DNA from: Octopus sinensis
Lineage: Eukaryota
Direction of reading: 5' to 3'
Assembly: GCF_006345805.1 (NCBI RefSeq)
Contig: NC_043005.1
Span: forward strand, 84,816,001 to 84,880,000
Length of the DNA stretch: 64,000 nucleotides
Made by a program: the position numbers and the translations under genes. Each line of letters starts with the position of its first letter. Position 1 is the stretch's first letter. Of the stretch, positions 12,735-27,458 are shown in pieces. Below the pieces are notes generated by a model. It was not told the origin of the DNA and did no database searches. It was given only the letters and a program-made list of their open reading frames with translations.

Positions 12735-13168
12735 CTTGGATGTAAGCCACTGTGCAGCAAAAGTACCCGGCATTGGTTAAGAGAAAGCGAGGTCATCTTC
12801 ATGAAGACAACGCAAAATTTCAAATGACTAAACTGCAGGAACTTGAGGGAATTGAACTGATGTCACTCCCAGCATATAGTCCAGACGTAGCCCTCTCAGA
12901 TAATTACTTGTTCCAATTCATGGCTCACTTCCTGCACTCACGATGCTTCATCGACCAAGAGGAGATGAAAGCTTCATTGAAGGAATCCTTCACTTCAGAG
13001 GACAAGAACCGGTATCAGCATGGAATCAAAGAGCTGGCATAAAGATGGCTTCAGACTCTGCGACATGGTAGCTTCTATACTTCGAATGCCAGACTTCTTT
13101 TGTGGTAACTTAATGCATAAAACAAATAAGTTACCAAAATATTGCAAAACTTTTGACCTGACGCAATA
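12735..13168 (+). mobile_element. mariner transposase 3' fragment with TIR, degenerate
   Basis: LHEDNA..LPAYSPDVALSDNYLF..YQHGIKELA*RW (D..YSPDLAPSD motif), ending AAAACTTTTGACCTGACGCAATA. Confidence 0.9.
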
Positions 13169-13441
13169 AAATCTTTACACGGAATATTTTGTATTGAGTA
13201 CTTTGTCAGTTAATGTGACCAATTATTTTTATGTTTTGTTATAAACTCAACTCACAACACTTAAAGTCAAGAAGTAATTATTGATTGTCTGATTAATCGA
13301 TTACTTTTAAAGAACAGAAATACTGGTGACGTGTCTTTGAGAAGTTTGGCATTGTTAAAAATAGCAACGTTGGTTCTGTCTTGACAGATTTGTTCAATAA
13401 TCAAATCATTAAGATTTTACTGAGATCAATTATAGTTCCAG

Positions 13442-13486
13442 CTTGGTTCTTCATTCTCCAAGTATCTCCTGGGCAGAATGATGGTG
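13442..13486 (+). CDS. Candidate 45-nt exon (LGSSFSKYLLGRMMV)
   Basis: gttccag| and GTG|gtaagg; phase 0-0, fits between the 12577 and 15619 candidates. Confidence 0.28.
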
Positions 13487-13668
13487 GTAAAGGGTTCAAT
13501 TTTAGCATGCACCAACTGCAATCTTTTTCATCATGCATGAATGTGTGGTGAGAAGTACTTCTCAACAACATGGTACCTACACCATGTGTGTGTGTGTGTG
13601 TGTGTGTGTATGTATATATATGTGTGTACATGTATGTATAAAAGTATATATATATATATGTTTATATA

Positions 13669-13699
<31 letters not shown>

Positions 13700-13961
13700 T
13701 TATATGTATATATATATACATATATGATATGCAGCACGAAGTTTTGTCAGTGAACAGGTCGCGGTCTCAAAGCAACGAAAATATTTTGACAAATTAAATT
13801 TAAATGTTGAAGTGAATCTAACGGTTTTTGTGTGTTTCTTAAATGGCTTATAAACACCTTCCACGCTGCAATTGTTTTCGTTCCAGCAGACGATCTCAGA
13901 TCAAGTCACTCGCTATGCAAGTACATCTCTATATATATATAATTTTAAAAAAATATATATT

Positions 13962-14360
13962 CTTTTATTTGTTTCACTCATTTGACTGTGGCAATGCTCG
14001 AGTACCGCCTTTGTCTAGTAAATCAACCCCTTGTAAGCCTAGTACTTATTCATTCGGTTCCTTTTGCTGAACTCCTAAGTTATAGGGATGTGAATATACC
14101 AGTATCGATTGTCAAGAGATGTTGTGGGGACAAACACAGACACACAAACACACATACATACACGTTCCCATTTTTGGACAATTTTGTTAGAATGGAACAG
14201 AAAAAAAAACTGTCCGATGAATGGGAACCTGAAACACTGAGTAACAACTTTTGTTATATTTCTGCTGCTTTTAAATAAAGCATTTTACTCTACCTCTGGT
14301 ATTTGAGTACTCTTTTCTCCACCTTGTTTCACATTTATGTGCTTACTCAGTACATATGTG

Positions 14361-14405
<45 letters not shown>

Positions 14406-14583
14406 ATAATATATATATATATACAACAAGCTTCTTTCAGTTTCTGTCCACCCAATCCACTCACAAGAATTTGGTCAGGCCAAGGCTATAGTAGAAGACA
14501 CTTGCCCAAGGTGCCACGTAGTGGGACTGGACATGGAACCATGTGGTTGGTAAGCAAGCTACTCACCACACAGCAACTCCTGT
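13962..14583 (-). mobile_element. SINE family A, split by an AT-rich/(TA)n segment
   Basis: 3' half at 13962-14150, head at 14428-14583. Confidence 0.75.
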
Positions 14584-15618
14584 GGTAAAAATTAAATATT
14601 AATTTTTTCCAGTGGCCAGCATTAGTAAAATGTCCGTAGGCTACAAATATTATTGTATTATATACACACACACACATACATGCACACACGCATGCATGCA
14701 CACACAGACACACACATCATTTCAACAAACACACACATGCATGCACACACACAGACACACACACAATTTCACACACACACACACACACATGCATGCACAC
14801 GTACAGATAGACACACACAATTTCACTGACACACACAGATACATGCACACACGCATGCATGCACACATATGCATACACACACAGACACACACATAATTTC
14901 ACACACATACACACATGCATACAAGCACATACACACACACGCATGCATACACACACATACATGCATGTCTCACTGATTCTACCTGAGAATTAGGCTAAGG
15001 GCTGACATTCCTGTCAAGTACTCAACCATGAGATGCTAGAAAATGATGTTTAGAGGCCCTGTGACATCTTACCTTCTGCACCTGTTCTTGACATCTTGAC
15101 AAAACCATCTCTGACAATATTGGTTTCCAAGCAGTATCAGTGGAAATCAGTGGATTTTCTCTTGGATAAGCACCAGAGGCAAAGAGAGGTGGGGGACACA
15201 AGAAGGAATGTGCAATTTCTGATTTTAACCACAAAGTATTAATCAAGCACTTTTACACAGATGAACAGGTACTTGGTGAAAAGTGACCAAAGGAAACCTG
15301 TTGCTGCTCTCTTCCTTGAACTACAAAACTTCGATCAGAGCATTAGCCGAAGCCACTTCCATAGTACGGAAAGCTCTACAAAGTTCACAACCTCAGAGAC
15401 ACCTTCTTTGAATAATTAATAAAAAGGAAGAAAAAATTTCTTCTTGCTGTGAATCTTTGGGAAACTAAAGAATCAAAGCAGAGATTTGTGTATGTGTGTG
15501 TGTGTGTGTGTGTGTTCAGCGCTTCTTTGGATGATTCCGATGAACTAAAGACTTGGCTGGAATCTTCATATTTAATCTTATTCATAGCAGGAGTCTATTA
15601 AAGAATTATATATTTCAG

Positions 15619-15711
15619 TTTGATGTTGCAAAATATATTAAAAGGAAACCATTATTTGCTGAAATGCGGGATGTATGGATGACGCATTTAGACGACATCA
15701 ATATTCCAAAA
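15619..15711 (+). CDS. Candidate exon (FDVAKYIKRKPLFAEMRDVWMTHLDDINIPK)
   Basis: tatatttcag| acceptor, 93 nt open, protein-like composition; weak donor AAA|gttagc. Confidence 0.4.
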
Positions 15712-15719
15712 GTTAGCAG

Positions 15720-16900
15720 TGATTTATCATCATCATCATCATCAGCAGCAGCAGCAGCAGCAGTAGTATTGTCATCATTCTCCTCATCGACAATGGCATC
15801 CATTATTATCATCATTATCGCTTTCGTTGTTGTTATTGTTGTTGTTGTCGTCGTCACCGTCTTCATCAGAATCTTCATCATCCACCTCCTCGCTTCTTCT
15901 CGCAACTCTTCTGCCTCCTTGCTCTTCTTCTTCTTCCCGCCCCTCCTCCTCCCTGCTCTCCCTCCTCCTCCGTGCTCCCCCTCCTCCTACGTGCTCTCCC
16001 CCTCCTCCTCCTCCTCCTCCGTCTCTTCCTTGTCATCGGTGTCATCATCATCGTTATCCTCGTCGCTCATCTCCTCTTCTTCTCTGACACCTCAGCCTCC
16101 TCTCTGTCGTTGTCATTGTCACTGACTTCACTGTCAGCATTATTGTCATCGCCACCACCAGCATCGACATTATCCACTTTTCCTCCTAAATCTCTTCATG
16201 ATAATCTCCATCATCATCATCATCATCGTCATCTTCAGTCATTCTTTCTTTGCTTTCTCATCCAATACTATCACCTCTGTCATCATTGTTATCCTTGTTA
16301 CCATCATCATCATCATCACCAACACTGCAACCTTCTCCACAACCACCATCACAAGCACCATCACCACCACCACCACCACCACCACCACAACCACCCCCAC
16401 CACCCCCACCACCATCACCACCACCACAAGCACCATCACCACCACCACCACCACCACCATCACCACCACAACCAGCAGCTCCATCACCTCCACCCCCACC
16501 ACCAACACTACCTCAACCACTACCACCACTACCTCCACCCCAACCCCCAACCCCACAACCACCACCACCACAACCACCACCACCACCACCACCACCACCA
16601 CCACCACCACCACCACCACCACCACCACCACCACCACCACTACAACAACCACCACCACCATCAAAACAACAACTAACACCATCACCACAACCACCACCAC
16701 CACCACCACCACTACAACAACCACCACCACCACCACAACCACCACCACCACCACCACCACCACCAACCACCACTACCACAACCACCACCACCATCAAAAC
16801 AACAACTAACACCATCACCACAACCACCACCACCATCACCTCCACCACTACCACCACCATCAACACCACCTCAACAACTACCACCACCACCTGTACCCCC
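15720..16900. repeat. (CAT)/(CAG)/(CCT)/(CCA)n compound array
   Basis: Includes a duplicated ACCATCAAAACAACAACTAACACCATCACCAC unit. Confidence 0.9.
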
Positions 16901-17174
16901 ACCACATCCACCCCTCGACCATCCGTAGTCGTCACTGCCATTGTTGTCCTTGCTGCTATGAACAAATTGAATTCTATTTGTGTATAATTGCATGTGTGCA
17001 GATGCAAACAGAAAACTCAAATATTCACAAATATACAAACATGATATATGGGACACCCTCCCCTCCCCCCCACCAAAACGAGTGTATATATTTATGTAAT
17101 TACATAATTGTTGTATATACTGCAAAGACATGCATGGTTCTCTTCTTCCTTCCTTCTTTTACATTCTGAATATA

Positions 17175-17207
<33 letters not shown>

Positions 17208-17419
17208 GTGTATGTATGTATCTATATATACATACATGTATTTATTGTTGGCATAATGACCTTTGCAAAACACAGTATATATTGTGTATATACACGTTAA
17301 TATATGTGTGTATATAATTATGTGCATATGTATAAATACATATGTGTGTATTTAAAGATATTTGCAAGTGTCTAAACATATGCATTTATGCAAATATCTT
17401 TCTCTGTCTCTCTCTCATA

Positions 17420-18218
17420 TATATATATATATTATATACATATATATACATATCATCATCATCATCATCATCATCGTTTAGTGGAAAACGGACGTTAAAC
17501 GATGATGATGATGATGATGATGATATGTATATATATGTATATATATGTATATATATATATGTATATATATGTATATATACATACATATTTATATATGTAT
17601 ACATATATATATATATGTATATATATATATATGTATATATATGTATATATATGCATATATATATGTATACATATATATATATGTGCGTATATATATACAC
17701 AGACATATTTACACAGACAAAACATCTATTGCTTATGCTGTTGGGAAGTAGTAACCAATGAATCATATTGAATGATGGTGTTGTTGTTGTAGTCGTTGTT
17801 CTGTTGTTGATTTAAAAAAAAACAAAAACCTAAACAAAAGACAAAAAAGAAACAAAATAAAAGAAGAAAAACTCGACCAAAACAAACCCTGGTTTCCAAT
17901 GATTTGTGCATACAATGCTCACACACCAAGAGGAAACATGAAAATTGGGTTTTCAAATTGAGTAAATAATTTTGAGACATTTCTTTGAAGGTAGAGAGAG
18001 ATGGCAGTAATATGTGTACAAATCACCCATTAATGTATATACAGACACATATATACCCATACATGCATGTACACAGAAATACACGAATGTATATGCATAT
18101 ATATGTATGTATGTGTGTGTGTGTGAGCATATAGATGTATGTATACATACACATATATGCATACATATACACACATATATAGTTGTATGTATGCATTTTT
18201 CATGTGTATATATGTGTT

Positions 18219-18263
<45 letters not shown>

Positions 18264-18305
18264 TTGTGTGTATATATGAGTGTATATATTTATGCTTATG
18301 TTTTG

Positions 18306-18339
<34 letters not shown>

Positions 18340-19038
18340 TGTATGTACGTATGTATGTAAGTATGTATGCATGTATCTTCATGCATCTGTATGTATTTGA
18401 ATGTACTTACATGAGAATTAGATTGTGTATATTAATATATTACACCTGTGTATGTATATTTTTAATCAATTGCCTATTGCATGTATATCACACACCTGTA
18501 TGTGTGTGTGTGTGTGTGTAAATAAGAGAGTGTGTGTGTGTGTGTGTTTAGTTCACATTTTGGCAGACCCACAGTCAGTTCTCAATGATGTTGGCTTTCT
18601 ACAGAAAATGAACGAAACATTACAAATACTCAAAGATAGACATCTCCAGTTTATTTTCGGTGTTATAATTCATCTATTATTATTGCCATATTCCTTTCAT
18701 TTATCACTGTTTGTTGTTCCAGTTGCTGTTGCTGTTGTTGTTATGGTTGTTGGTGTTATTCTTGTGAGGTGGAATGGATGTGTGCGATGGTGGAGGCGTC
18801 GGTCATCACACTTAACATTTTTTTAAATGTTCCCTCTTCTCCCCTCCCCTCTCTCCTTACCTTAATTCTTCTCTCTGTCTCTCTCAGATTCTGTCTCTAT
18901 CTATCATTCTGTCACTTTCCGTATATCAGTGTCTATATATATACATACATACATACATACATACATACATCATCATACATCATCATACATCATCATACAC
19001 ACATACATACATACATACACATATGTATACACACACAA

Positions 19039-19077
<39 letters not shown>

Positions 19078-19450
19078 TATATACATACACCCACACACAT
19101 ATATGTATGTATGTGTGTATTTATGTATGTGTGTGTGTGTACATATGTCTTTATAAACAAGTATACATATAGATATATACATATACATACATGTACACAC
19201 ACAGCACACACTCATATATATATATGTATATATATATACACACACATGTTTAAATACATACATATACATATATATATATATGTATATATATTTGTATACA
19301 CATATATATATTTTTGTATATATATTTATATACATATCATTAAGTACTTATCTATATATATATATATGTGTGTGTGTGCGTGCGTGTGTGTGGGTGTGTG
19401 TATCTGTATGTTCATACATGCAAGCATCTGTTATGTATCTGTTATAGCCT
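17420..19450. repeat. Mixed (TA)/(TG)/(CA)/(TATG) microsatellite field
   Basis: Directly visible, with short unique spacers. Confidence 0.9.
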
Positions 19451-19541
19451 AATCTATAGATATTTTTTATAATTTGGCATGCTAATAAAGATCTGAGATT
19501 GATAAGTCGTGTTCATGTGTGTGTATCTCTAAATATATGAT

Positions 19542-19576
<35 letters not shown>

Positions 19577-19776
19577 CGTGTGTGAGTGTTTTCGTGTTTT
19601 CTGCCTATGTATAAATGAGTATGTATATGTATATGTATATGTATATGTTTGACACTATGTGTTTATGTGTGTGTATGTGTGTAGCTGTCTGTGTTTGAAG
19701 TTTTGCTTTTTAATCTTTCTCTGATTTCATGGCAGCTTATGTTTTGTATGAATAAGATACCTACTGATTCACCACG

Positions 19777-19809
<33 letters not shown>

Positions 19810-20569
19810 ACACATACACACACACATGCACGCAGACATGCATGCAGACATAAACACACAATCACATATATTCTAGTATGGATATAAACATGTCTATGTA
19901 TATATGTGTATGCTTGCATGTGTGAATCTACCTATATCTGCATCTATATATCTATATATATCTATATTACACACACACACACAGACACATACGCACACAT
20001 ATATATACATATATATGTATGCACATATAAGTATATATATATATATATATAACGGGAAGCTTTATGAAAATAGACAAAAGACGAAGGCAGGTGGAAAACA
20101 AATATATATATATATATATGTACATATATACATGCATGTTGTCTGTTAATGTGGTTGTGTGTGTGCATATGTGTCTGTTTGTCTGTCTGCCACTCTCTCT
20201 CTCCCTCCTTCCCTCCCTCTCTCTTTCACTCTCTCTCTCTCCCTATATATAAACATAGGATAGATAGCTCTGTGTGTTACTGTGTATATATGTTCACACA
20301 CATGCACACACGCTCACACACACACATACATGTGCACACACACACAGACACCCACCCACCAACTCACACAAGCACACGCGCACACACACAAACACACACA
20401 CACACACAAACAGTCAACCCCACCCCTAGATATTTGTCTATTTATTCAGACTGTTGAATGACGAAAAGAAAACCAAAATGCCAAAAAAGAAAACTTCAAA
20501 TCTTCTCTTCGCTTTCAATTTTCCAAACTTCCATTTTAGTTCAAGTTCAGTTGAACAGATAAGACAATG

Positions 20570-21010
20570 GACATTGTCATCGTCATCATCATCATCATCA
20601 TCACCATAATTACCATCATTCCCATAATCATTATCGTCATCATCAACATCATCATCCTCACCATAACAATCATCATCACCATCATCATTATCACCATAAT
20701 CATCATCATCATCACCACCACCACCACCACCACCACCACCACCACCACCATCATCATCGTCGTCATCATCACCATAGTCATCATCATCACCATAGTCATC
20801 ATCATCATCATCCTCAGCAGCAGCAGCATCACTATCATCAGCATCAGCATCACCACCACCACCACCACACCACCATCATCATCGTCGTCATCATCACCAT
20901 AGTCATCATCATCACCATAGTCATCATCATCATCATCCTCAGCAGCAGCAGCATCACTATCATCAGCATCAGCATCACCACCACCACCACCACCGCCAAC
21001 ACCATCATCA
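20570..21010. repeat. (CAT/CAC)n array with two ~125-bp higher-order units
   Basis: CATCGTCGTCATCATCACCATAGTC..CTCAGCAGCAGCAGCATCACTATC occurs twice (about 20745-20870 and 20870-20995). Confidence 0.9.
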
Positions 21011-21398
21011 TCATCTTTATTGTTGTTTTTGTTATTGCCATTATCCTTCTTTTCATTGTCAGTCATTTCAATCACCCTTCATCATCATTATGATTATCCT
21101 TGTTGTCATTATCATCATCGTCTCTCCACCATTTCTCCCCCCTTTCCCTGCTTCTATATCTTAATCTTCCTCTTTTTTTGTTTCAGCTCCATCCATCTCC
21201 TCTCAGCTTCCTCTACTTCATAAGTCTCATCTATGTCATTATTCCCATATTCATCATCATTACTACTATCATCATATTGATAATGTTGACTATATATGTA
21301 TTTACACACACACACATATGTATGTATGTGTGTATGTATATGTGTATGTATGTATATATGTATATATGTGTATGCATGTATTTATGTGTGTGCATATA

Positions 21399-22390
21399 TC
21401 TTTATATATATAAAACCGAGAATGTGTGTCAGTCTGTCAGTCTGTCTGTGTGTTTCCCTAAAACTTGAGAACTACACAACCAATTTCATTCAAATTTTAC
21501 ACATGCCTTACTTGGGGTCTGGGGAGTGTCATCGGCAAAAAACATTTTGAACTTTTTGCCTAGGGCGAGCCCACAGCAACATCATATCTTCTCCACTATG
21601 ATTCCCTAAAACTTGAGAACTACACAACTAATTCCATTCAAATTTTACACATGCCTTACTTAGGGTCCATGTAGTTTCATGGGCAAATAAAAAAATGTTC
21701 AACTTCTTGCTTAGAGTGAGCCCCTAGCAATATCATATCTTCTCCACTATTTCAGTATTACGTGTTAAAATTGAAACAAAAATATTTCTCTGTTTTATGT
21801 CAGATACTTTCACTTTAACAATAAAAATAATAATAACAATTGAATTATATGTAGTAAGTAATAATTAAAATCAAACTAAAGTAACATAACAAAAGTAAAA
21901 ATAGCAATTGGTATAAAATTGCATCAATGATTTGAACTTGAATAAGTGGCTTCACATGAATGGGAATAAATTAAAAATAAAATTAGCGTGCAGAAATGGA
22001 ATAGTCCAGATGGATAATAAAAAATTAAATTAAAGAAAAGACTATTGTCTATAAAGTATACAATGTAGAGAAAAAAGATTTGAACACCTGGAGGAAAACA
22101 CCTTCGAAAAGTGTCTTGGTGCAACTATGAAAGGTATCTAATCAGAGGCGTTAAATTCGCCACAATAGAAGCAAGGTTCGAGTCAACGGAGCGTGCAAGG
22201 TAGTACTCGACTTGAACTTGCAAAGTGGAAATATTTTATTTTAAAATTTATATCTGGGACGTAGGACGTCCTGGAAAAAAATTTTAAATGAAGTAGAGGT
22301 TGGCTGGATTGTAGCCACACTTCTATACAAGAGGGAGGACAAGATACAATTGATCAAAATTACAAGAGACGGGCTAACAATTCCAGTCTG
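21399..22390 (+). mobile_element. Non-autonomous Helitron-like element with internal ~145-bp tandem duplication
   Basis: 5' TC + TATATATAAAA..GTCTGTCTGT..AAAACTTGAGAACTACACAACC..TTCAAATTTTACACATG; duplicated at 21456-21600 and 21605-21750. 3' end uncertain. Confidence 0.5.
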
Positions 22391-22561
22391 TTATATATTT
22401 TGAGTAATGTTATCACTAGCGATATCAAGATATAACTTTGTATTTTGTATTTTATGTGTAGATGTATATATATAGATGTACATGTAATATGTACACATAT
22501 ATATACATATATATACATGCACTAGCACTATGACCTGGCAACGATTGGTCTTTAATGCTAG

Positions 22562-22592
<31 letters not shown>

Positions 22593-22699
22593 ATAAAATA
22601 TATAAATATACAAAAATATAATAATAATAATAATAGTAGTAATAATAATAATGATGATGATGATGATGATGATGATAATAATAATAATAGTAATAATAA

Positions 22700-22880
22700 T
22701 AAGCAGAAAGTAATAAGTGCTGAATCTGGGGACAAAACGGTGAAACCATATGGCATATTACCAGCCAATGTATGCCTCTAGCCCAGAATGAATATAAAAG
22801 ATGCCACAACAATATAGCAAGGCTTGTTCATTGGACAGAGCAAAATATTGGTATGACCACAAACCTGAAGGCATCCAATA
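22700..22880 (+). mobile_element. Second R4/Dong-type fragment adjoining (TAA)n
   Basis: Frameshifted (E)TIWHITSQCMPLAQNEYKRCHNNIARLVHW..RAKYWYDHKPEG (knuckle-proximal region). Confidence 0.7.
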
Positions 22881-23451
22881 CAAAATTCTGCCATGAATGC
22901 TTTCATGTTGGAGTGTACAGGAACCTGTTTAAAATATATGTACACCCCATTATTATGATCCACACTGGCTCATTTGCTTATCCTCAATTGATTCCAACCA
23001 GGGTAAGTCTCAGTACACATTGGCAAATATACTGTTTGCCGCTTTCTATAAGTAGGAACAAAAGTTCTGGCTTAGTTCCAACTGATCGAGGTGATGCTTG
23101 TCACTGAGGAGGTGAAATCATGCTGAAACACTATCTAATCGTCCACTGATAACTTCTAGAGTTTGGCTTGATCCTTTTGCCCTCAACACCTATAGATAAA
23201 AGTTTTCCTTTGACAAAATCATACAGAGAAGGCCTTTCATGTTCTAATATTCAGGAAGATGTTAAAAAGGCATTCACAGATTTGCGTTTTGCTCCCTATT
23301 GTGCCACAACACAGCCATGATGGATATGGACAAGATGGGTCAGCAAACAAATGGCTAAGTTGCTGTCATGGAAACGACTGTCACATTTAAATGATGGCCC
23401 CAATCTAATGAACCTGCGAGGCTAAGGTATCTTGGATAAGTGAGGCACGAA

Positions 23452-23765
23452 AACACCATGGCTTAGTTGTTAGGACATTTGATTCACAATCATAAGATCA
23501 TGGGTTCAATTCTTGGTAGTTCATTTTGTCCTTGAGCAAGGTACTTTATTTTCTATTGCTCCTGTTCACTCAGCTGGCAAATATGAGTTGTACCTGCATT
23601 TTAAAGGACCAGTCTTGTTACACTCTGTGTCATGTTGAATCTCCTTGAGAACTACATTAAAAGTGTATACGTGTCTGTGGAGTACTCAGCCACTTGTACA
23701 TTAATTTCATGAGCAGACTGTTCCATTGATTGGATCAACTGGAACATACATTGTTATAACAGTGT
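23452..23765 (+). mobile_element. tRNA-headed SINE family E
   Basis: ATGGCTTAGTTGTTAGG..GGGTTCAATTC..GTCCTTGAGCAAG; related copies at 4320-4490, 38388-38540 and 51440-51955(-). Confidence 0.7.
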
Positions 23766-24245
23766 CAGTTATTTACATAAGTGAAGCTCAAACTATATCC
23801 GTAAACATCATTCACAAGACATGAGGGCCTTCAACTGTTTTCATTCTGTCACAATCATTTGAACCGCATTCCTACATGTTGCCGTTTCCCTTTTCTTCCA
23901 TCGTCATTTGAAGCCATGCAAAACAACCATTGGATTTGCTATTTTTCTTCAGACTTAACCATGCCACCAAAATCAAAAAAATTCCTCAAGACCAAGATGT
24001 AACAAACAGAACATTATTCCGTGATATGCATGATTAGGAATTTGTCTCCTGAGAATTTGAATAGAATCGTCTCCAACCATTAAATGACCTTCGTGTCGTT
24101 AGAGTCTTTTGTCTGGATTCTGGGAGCTTCACAGCAAGATTTGCATGTCAGGTCTGGTTAATTGATGACTTTACCGAAATAAAATGCTGCCTGTTTCTCA
24201 GTAGTTAATTCACATGATATATAGATTAGATTCTAAAGAAATATA

Positions 24246-24296
<51 letters not shown>

Positions 24297-24570
24297 TTGT
24301 ATATATATGTGTGTGCATGTGTGACTAGAATTATATGTATGTGTGTGTGTGTTTGCAATTACTTTTGTAGATGTGCAAGTATACATATATACATGTATTT
24401 GTATATATAAGTCTAAAATATATGTATATATGTGCATATATATATATATACACATACAGATATTTGTGCTGATATATACATGTATATGTGTGTATGTATG
24501 TGCCTATGCATATGTGTATATATGTGTGCGTGTGTGTTTGTGTATGTATATGTATGTCAGCATGTGTGTA

Positions 24571-24640
<70 letters not shown>

Positions 24641-24641
<1 letters not shown>

Positions 24642-25028
24642 TTTTATTCTCTTACTTGTTTCAGTCATTTGACTGCAGCCATGCTGGAGCACTGCCTTTA
24701 GTCAAGCAAATCAACCCCAGAACTTACTCTTTGTAAGCCTAGTACTTATTCTATCAGTCTCTTTCACCAAACTGCTAAGTTACAGGGATGTAAACACACC
24801 AGCATCAGTTGTCCCATGATGGAGGAGGGACAAACACACACACACACACACATGCACATATATCACAGGCTTCTTTCAGTTTCCATCTACCAAATCCACT
24901 TACAAGGCTTTTTTGTCAGCCTGAAGCTATAGTAGAAGACACTTACCCAAGGTGCCAAGTAGAGGGACTGAACTCGGAACCATGAGGTTGGTAAGTAAGC
25001 TACTTACCATGCATCCACTCCTGCACCT
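24641..25028 (-). mobile_element. SINE family A, full length
   Basis: Collinear with 50318-50732. Confidence 0.85.
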
Positions 25029-25071
25029 ATATATATATAATATAAATAATGCATATATAATATAAATAACG

Positions 25072-25099
<28 letters not shown>

Positions 25100-25102
<3 letters not shown>

Positions 25103-25258
25103 TCTCGGAGTGGTTGGCGTTAGGAAGGGCATCCAGCTGTAGAAACACTGCCAGACCTGACTGGCCTGGTGCAGCCTTCGGGCTCCCCAGACCCCAGTTG
25201 AACCGTCCAACCCATGCTAGCATGGAAAACGGACGCTAAATGATGATGATGATGATGA
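25100..25258 (+). mobile_element. RTE 3' tail with (GAT)n
   Basis: CACTCTCGGAGTGGTTGGCGTTAGGAAGGGCATCCAGC..CGGACGCTAAATGATGAT. Confidence 0.85.
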
Positions 25259-25714
25259 TATATATATGCATATTTACAGATGTATATGTACATACTTACA
25301 TCTATATGTATATATATGCATATGTGGCACAGGACATCATGAAACGTATACAACAGAACAATACGAAGTACAAGTACATGGAATATGAATGATTTTTTTG
25401 AACAACGAAAGACACAAATGGAAAACACAAACAAACAACATAAAGAACGACCCTTCATCAGTTGTTGGCTGTGTATATATGTATTGGTGGGGGTGCGTTC
25501 AGGGAACATAGTGTTTACAGGACTCAACTTCTCAAGGGACTGGAAGGAACATGATCCCTCTGTCGTACTGTTTGTACCATTATCAAGAAATTTCATCTCC
25601 CCCACCCCCACCAGTGAACCTGAGCAAAAATAGCAAAATGCAAGAAAAAATAAAATAAAATATAGCGAAAAAATACAAAGTACAATATAAATTAAAAATG
25701 AAAGAAATAAACAA

Positions 25715-26110
25715 CATGGCTGTATGGTAAGACGTTTGTTTCCCAACAACATGGTTCCAGGTTCAGTCTCACTGCATGGCACCTTAGGCATTTGTTTTCT
25801 TCAATAGGCAAGAGCCAACTGAAGGCTTGTGAGTGGATTTAGTACATAACACCTGAAAGAAGTCCATAATATATGTATATATGTGTGTGTGTTTGCGTAT
25901 ATGTGTGTATGAGATTCTGTGTCTGTGTTTGTCTTCAACCATCACTGGACAACTGTTTTTGGTGTGGTTGTTCCCTCGTAACTTAGAGGATTGGCAATGG
26001 AGCCCAACAGAATAAATAACAGGCTTTAAAAACGAAACAAAATAATTACTGGGGTCACTTCATTGAATTAAAAAAATTTTTCAAGGTGGTGCTCCTGCAT
26101 GGCCACAGTC
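25715..26110 (+). mobile_element. SINE family A, diverged
   Basis: CATGGCTGTATGGTAAG..CCAGGTTCAGTC head plus body. Confidence 0.7.
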
Positions 26111-26177
26111 TATTGCCTGAAATGAGCAACAAGAGAAAAAACAAGAAGTATCACCATTACTTACCTACTTCTATGGC

Positions 26178-26525
26178 AGTGGGCTGGCAGAAATGTTAGC
26201 ATGCTGAGTGAAATGCTTAGTGGTATTTCGTCTGCCGCTACATTCTGAGTTCAAATTCTGCCGAGGTCGAATTTGCCTTTCATCCTTTCAGGGTCGATTA
26301 AATAAGTACCAGCTATGCACTGGGGTTGATATAATCGACTTAATCTGTTTGTCTGTCCTTCTTTGTCCTCTCTGTGTTTAGCCCCTTATGGGTAGTAAAG
26401 AAATAGGTATTTTGTCTGGCTTTACATTCTGAGTTCAAATTAAGTACCAGTTGCACACTAGGGTCGATCGAATTGGCAGACCCCCCTCCCCCAAATTTCA
26501 GGCCTTGTGCCTAGAGTAGAAAATA
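26178..26525 (+). mobile_element. Head-to-tail SINE family B copies
   Basis: Full copy ends AAGAAATAGGTAT and runs directly into a second partial copy. Confidence 0.8.
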
Positions 26526-27242
26526 ATATTTACCTACTCCAACTATCTCTTCCACATTTTGTCAAACCGCGCCAAAGACTTTATCTCACTTCAAAGAATG
26601 TGTTGTCATTTCCTTGCCATAATTTGGTGCTGTGACAGTAGAGTTGTCGAAGAAATGGTCAAAGGTTACTCATTTCTGTGTCAAAGTGTGAATTTACGCA
26701 CGACAATCTAGTTATCTATTTACCTAAATATATTGATTATACAGGGTAATTTTATTCACGAATAGATAATTCAATTAGCGTTATTTTAATTACATAAGCT
26801 AGAAAAGAAAAAGAAGGAAAAAATTAATAAAAATATAATGCATATTTTTTTCATTAACTAAATTAGCAACGTAATAAGAAGATAAAAAAATGAACTGTAA
26901 CGAAAGAAAAACTGTACAAAGAACACGGTCGGATGCAATAATGGTGATTAGTGTGTATGTATACATGTGTGTATGTATACATGTGTGTATGTATACATGT
27001 GTGTATGTGTATATAGACATTTGGGTGTATATACACATATATATATGTATTTGTGTGTGTGTGTCTGTGTGTCTCTGCGTGTATATATCTATTTATATGT
27101 ATGTGTATACAGACATATGTGTCTATACACATTTGTATGCATGTATACACAAACACACACACACACATATATATTTGTGCATGAGTGTATAGATGTATGT
27201 GCACATATAATTTTTATGTATGTATATACATATATAAGTATT

Positions 27243-27273
<31 letters not shown>

Positions 27274-27414
27274 ATTTATATATATATATATACATGTATA
27301 TATATATGTATTTGTGTATGTATATATATATATGTATATAGTATACATGCAAGCATGTGTATGTATACTTGAACATATATAGGTATATATGTATAATATA
27401 TATATATTTATATA

Positions 27415-27458
<44 letters not shown>

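Noticed and set aside
22920-23008. Strong donor AGG|gtaagt at 23002/23003
   Set aside because: The required phase 0-to-2 frame has a stop 11 nt upstream; the open frame (LFKIYVHPII) looks more like a decayed LINE RT remnant.
25440-25475. Other CTGATGA occurrences (25467 minus, also 27859, 30357, 37446, 40312 minus) as hammerheads
   Set aside because: They lack a correctly placed GAAA-stem III-NUH and stem I complement.
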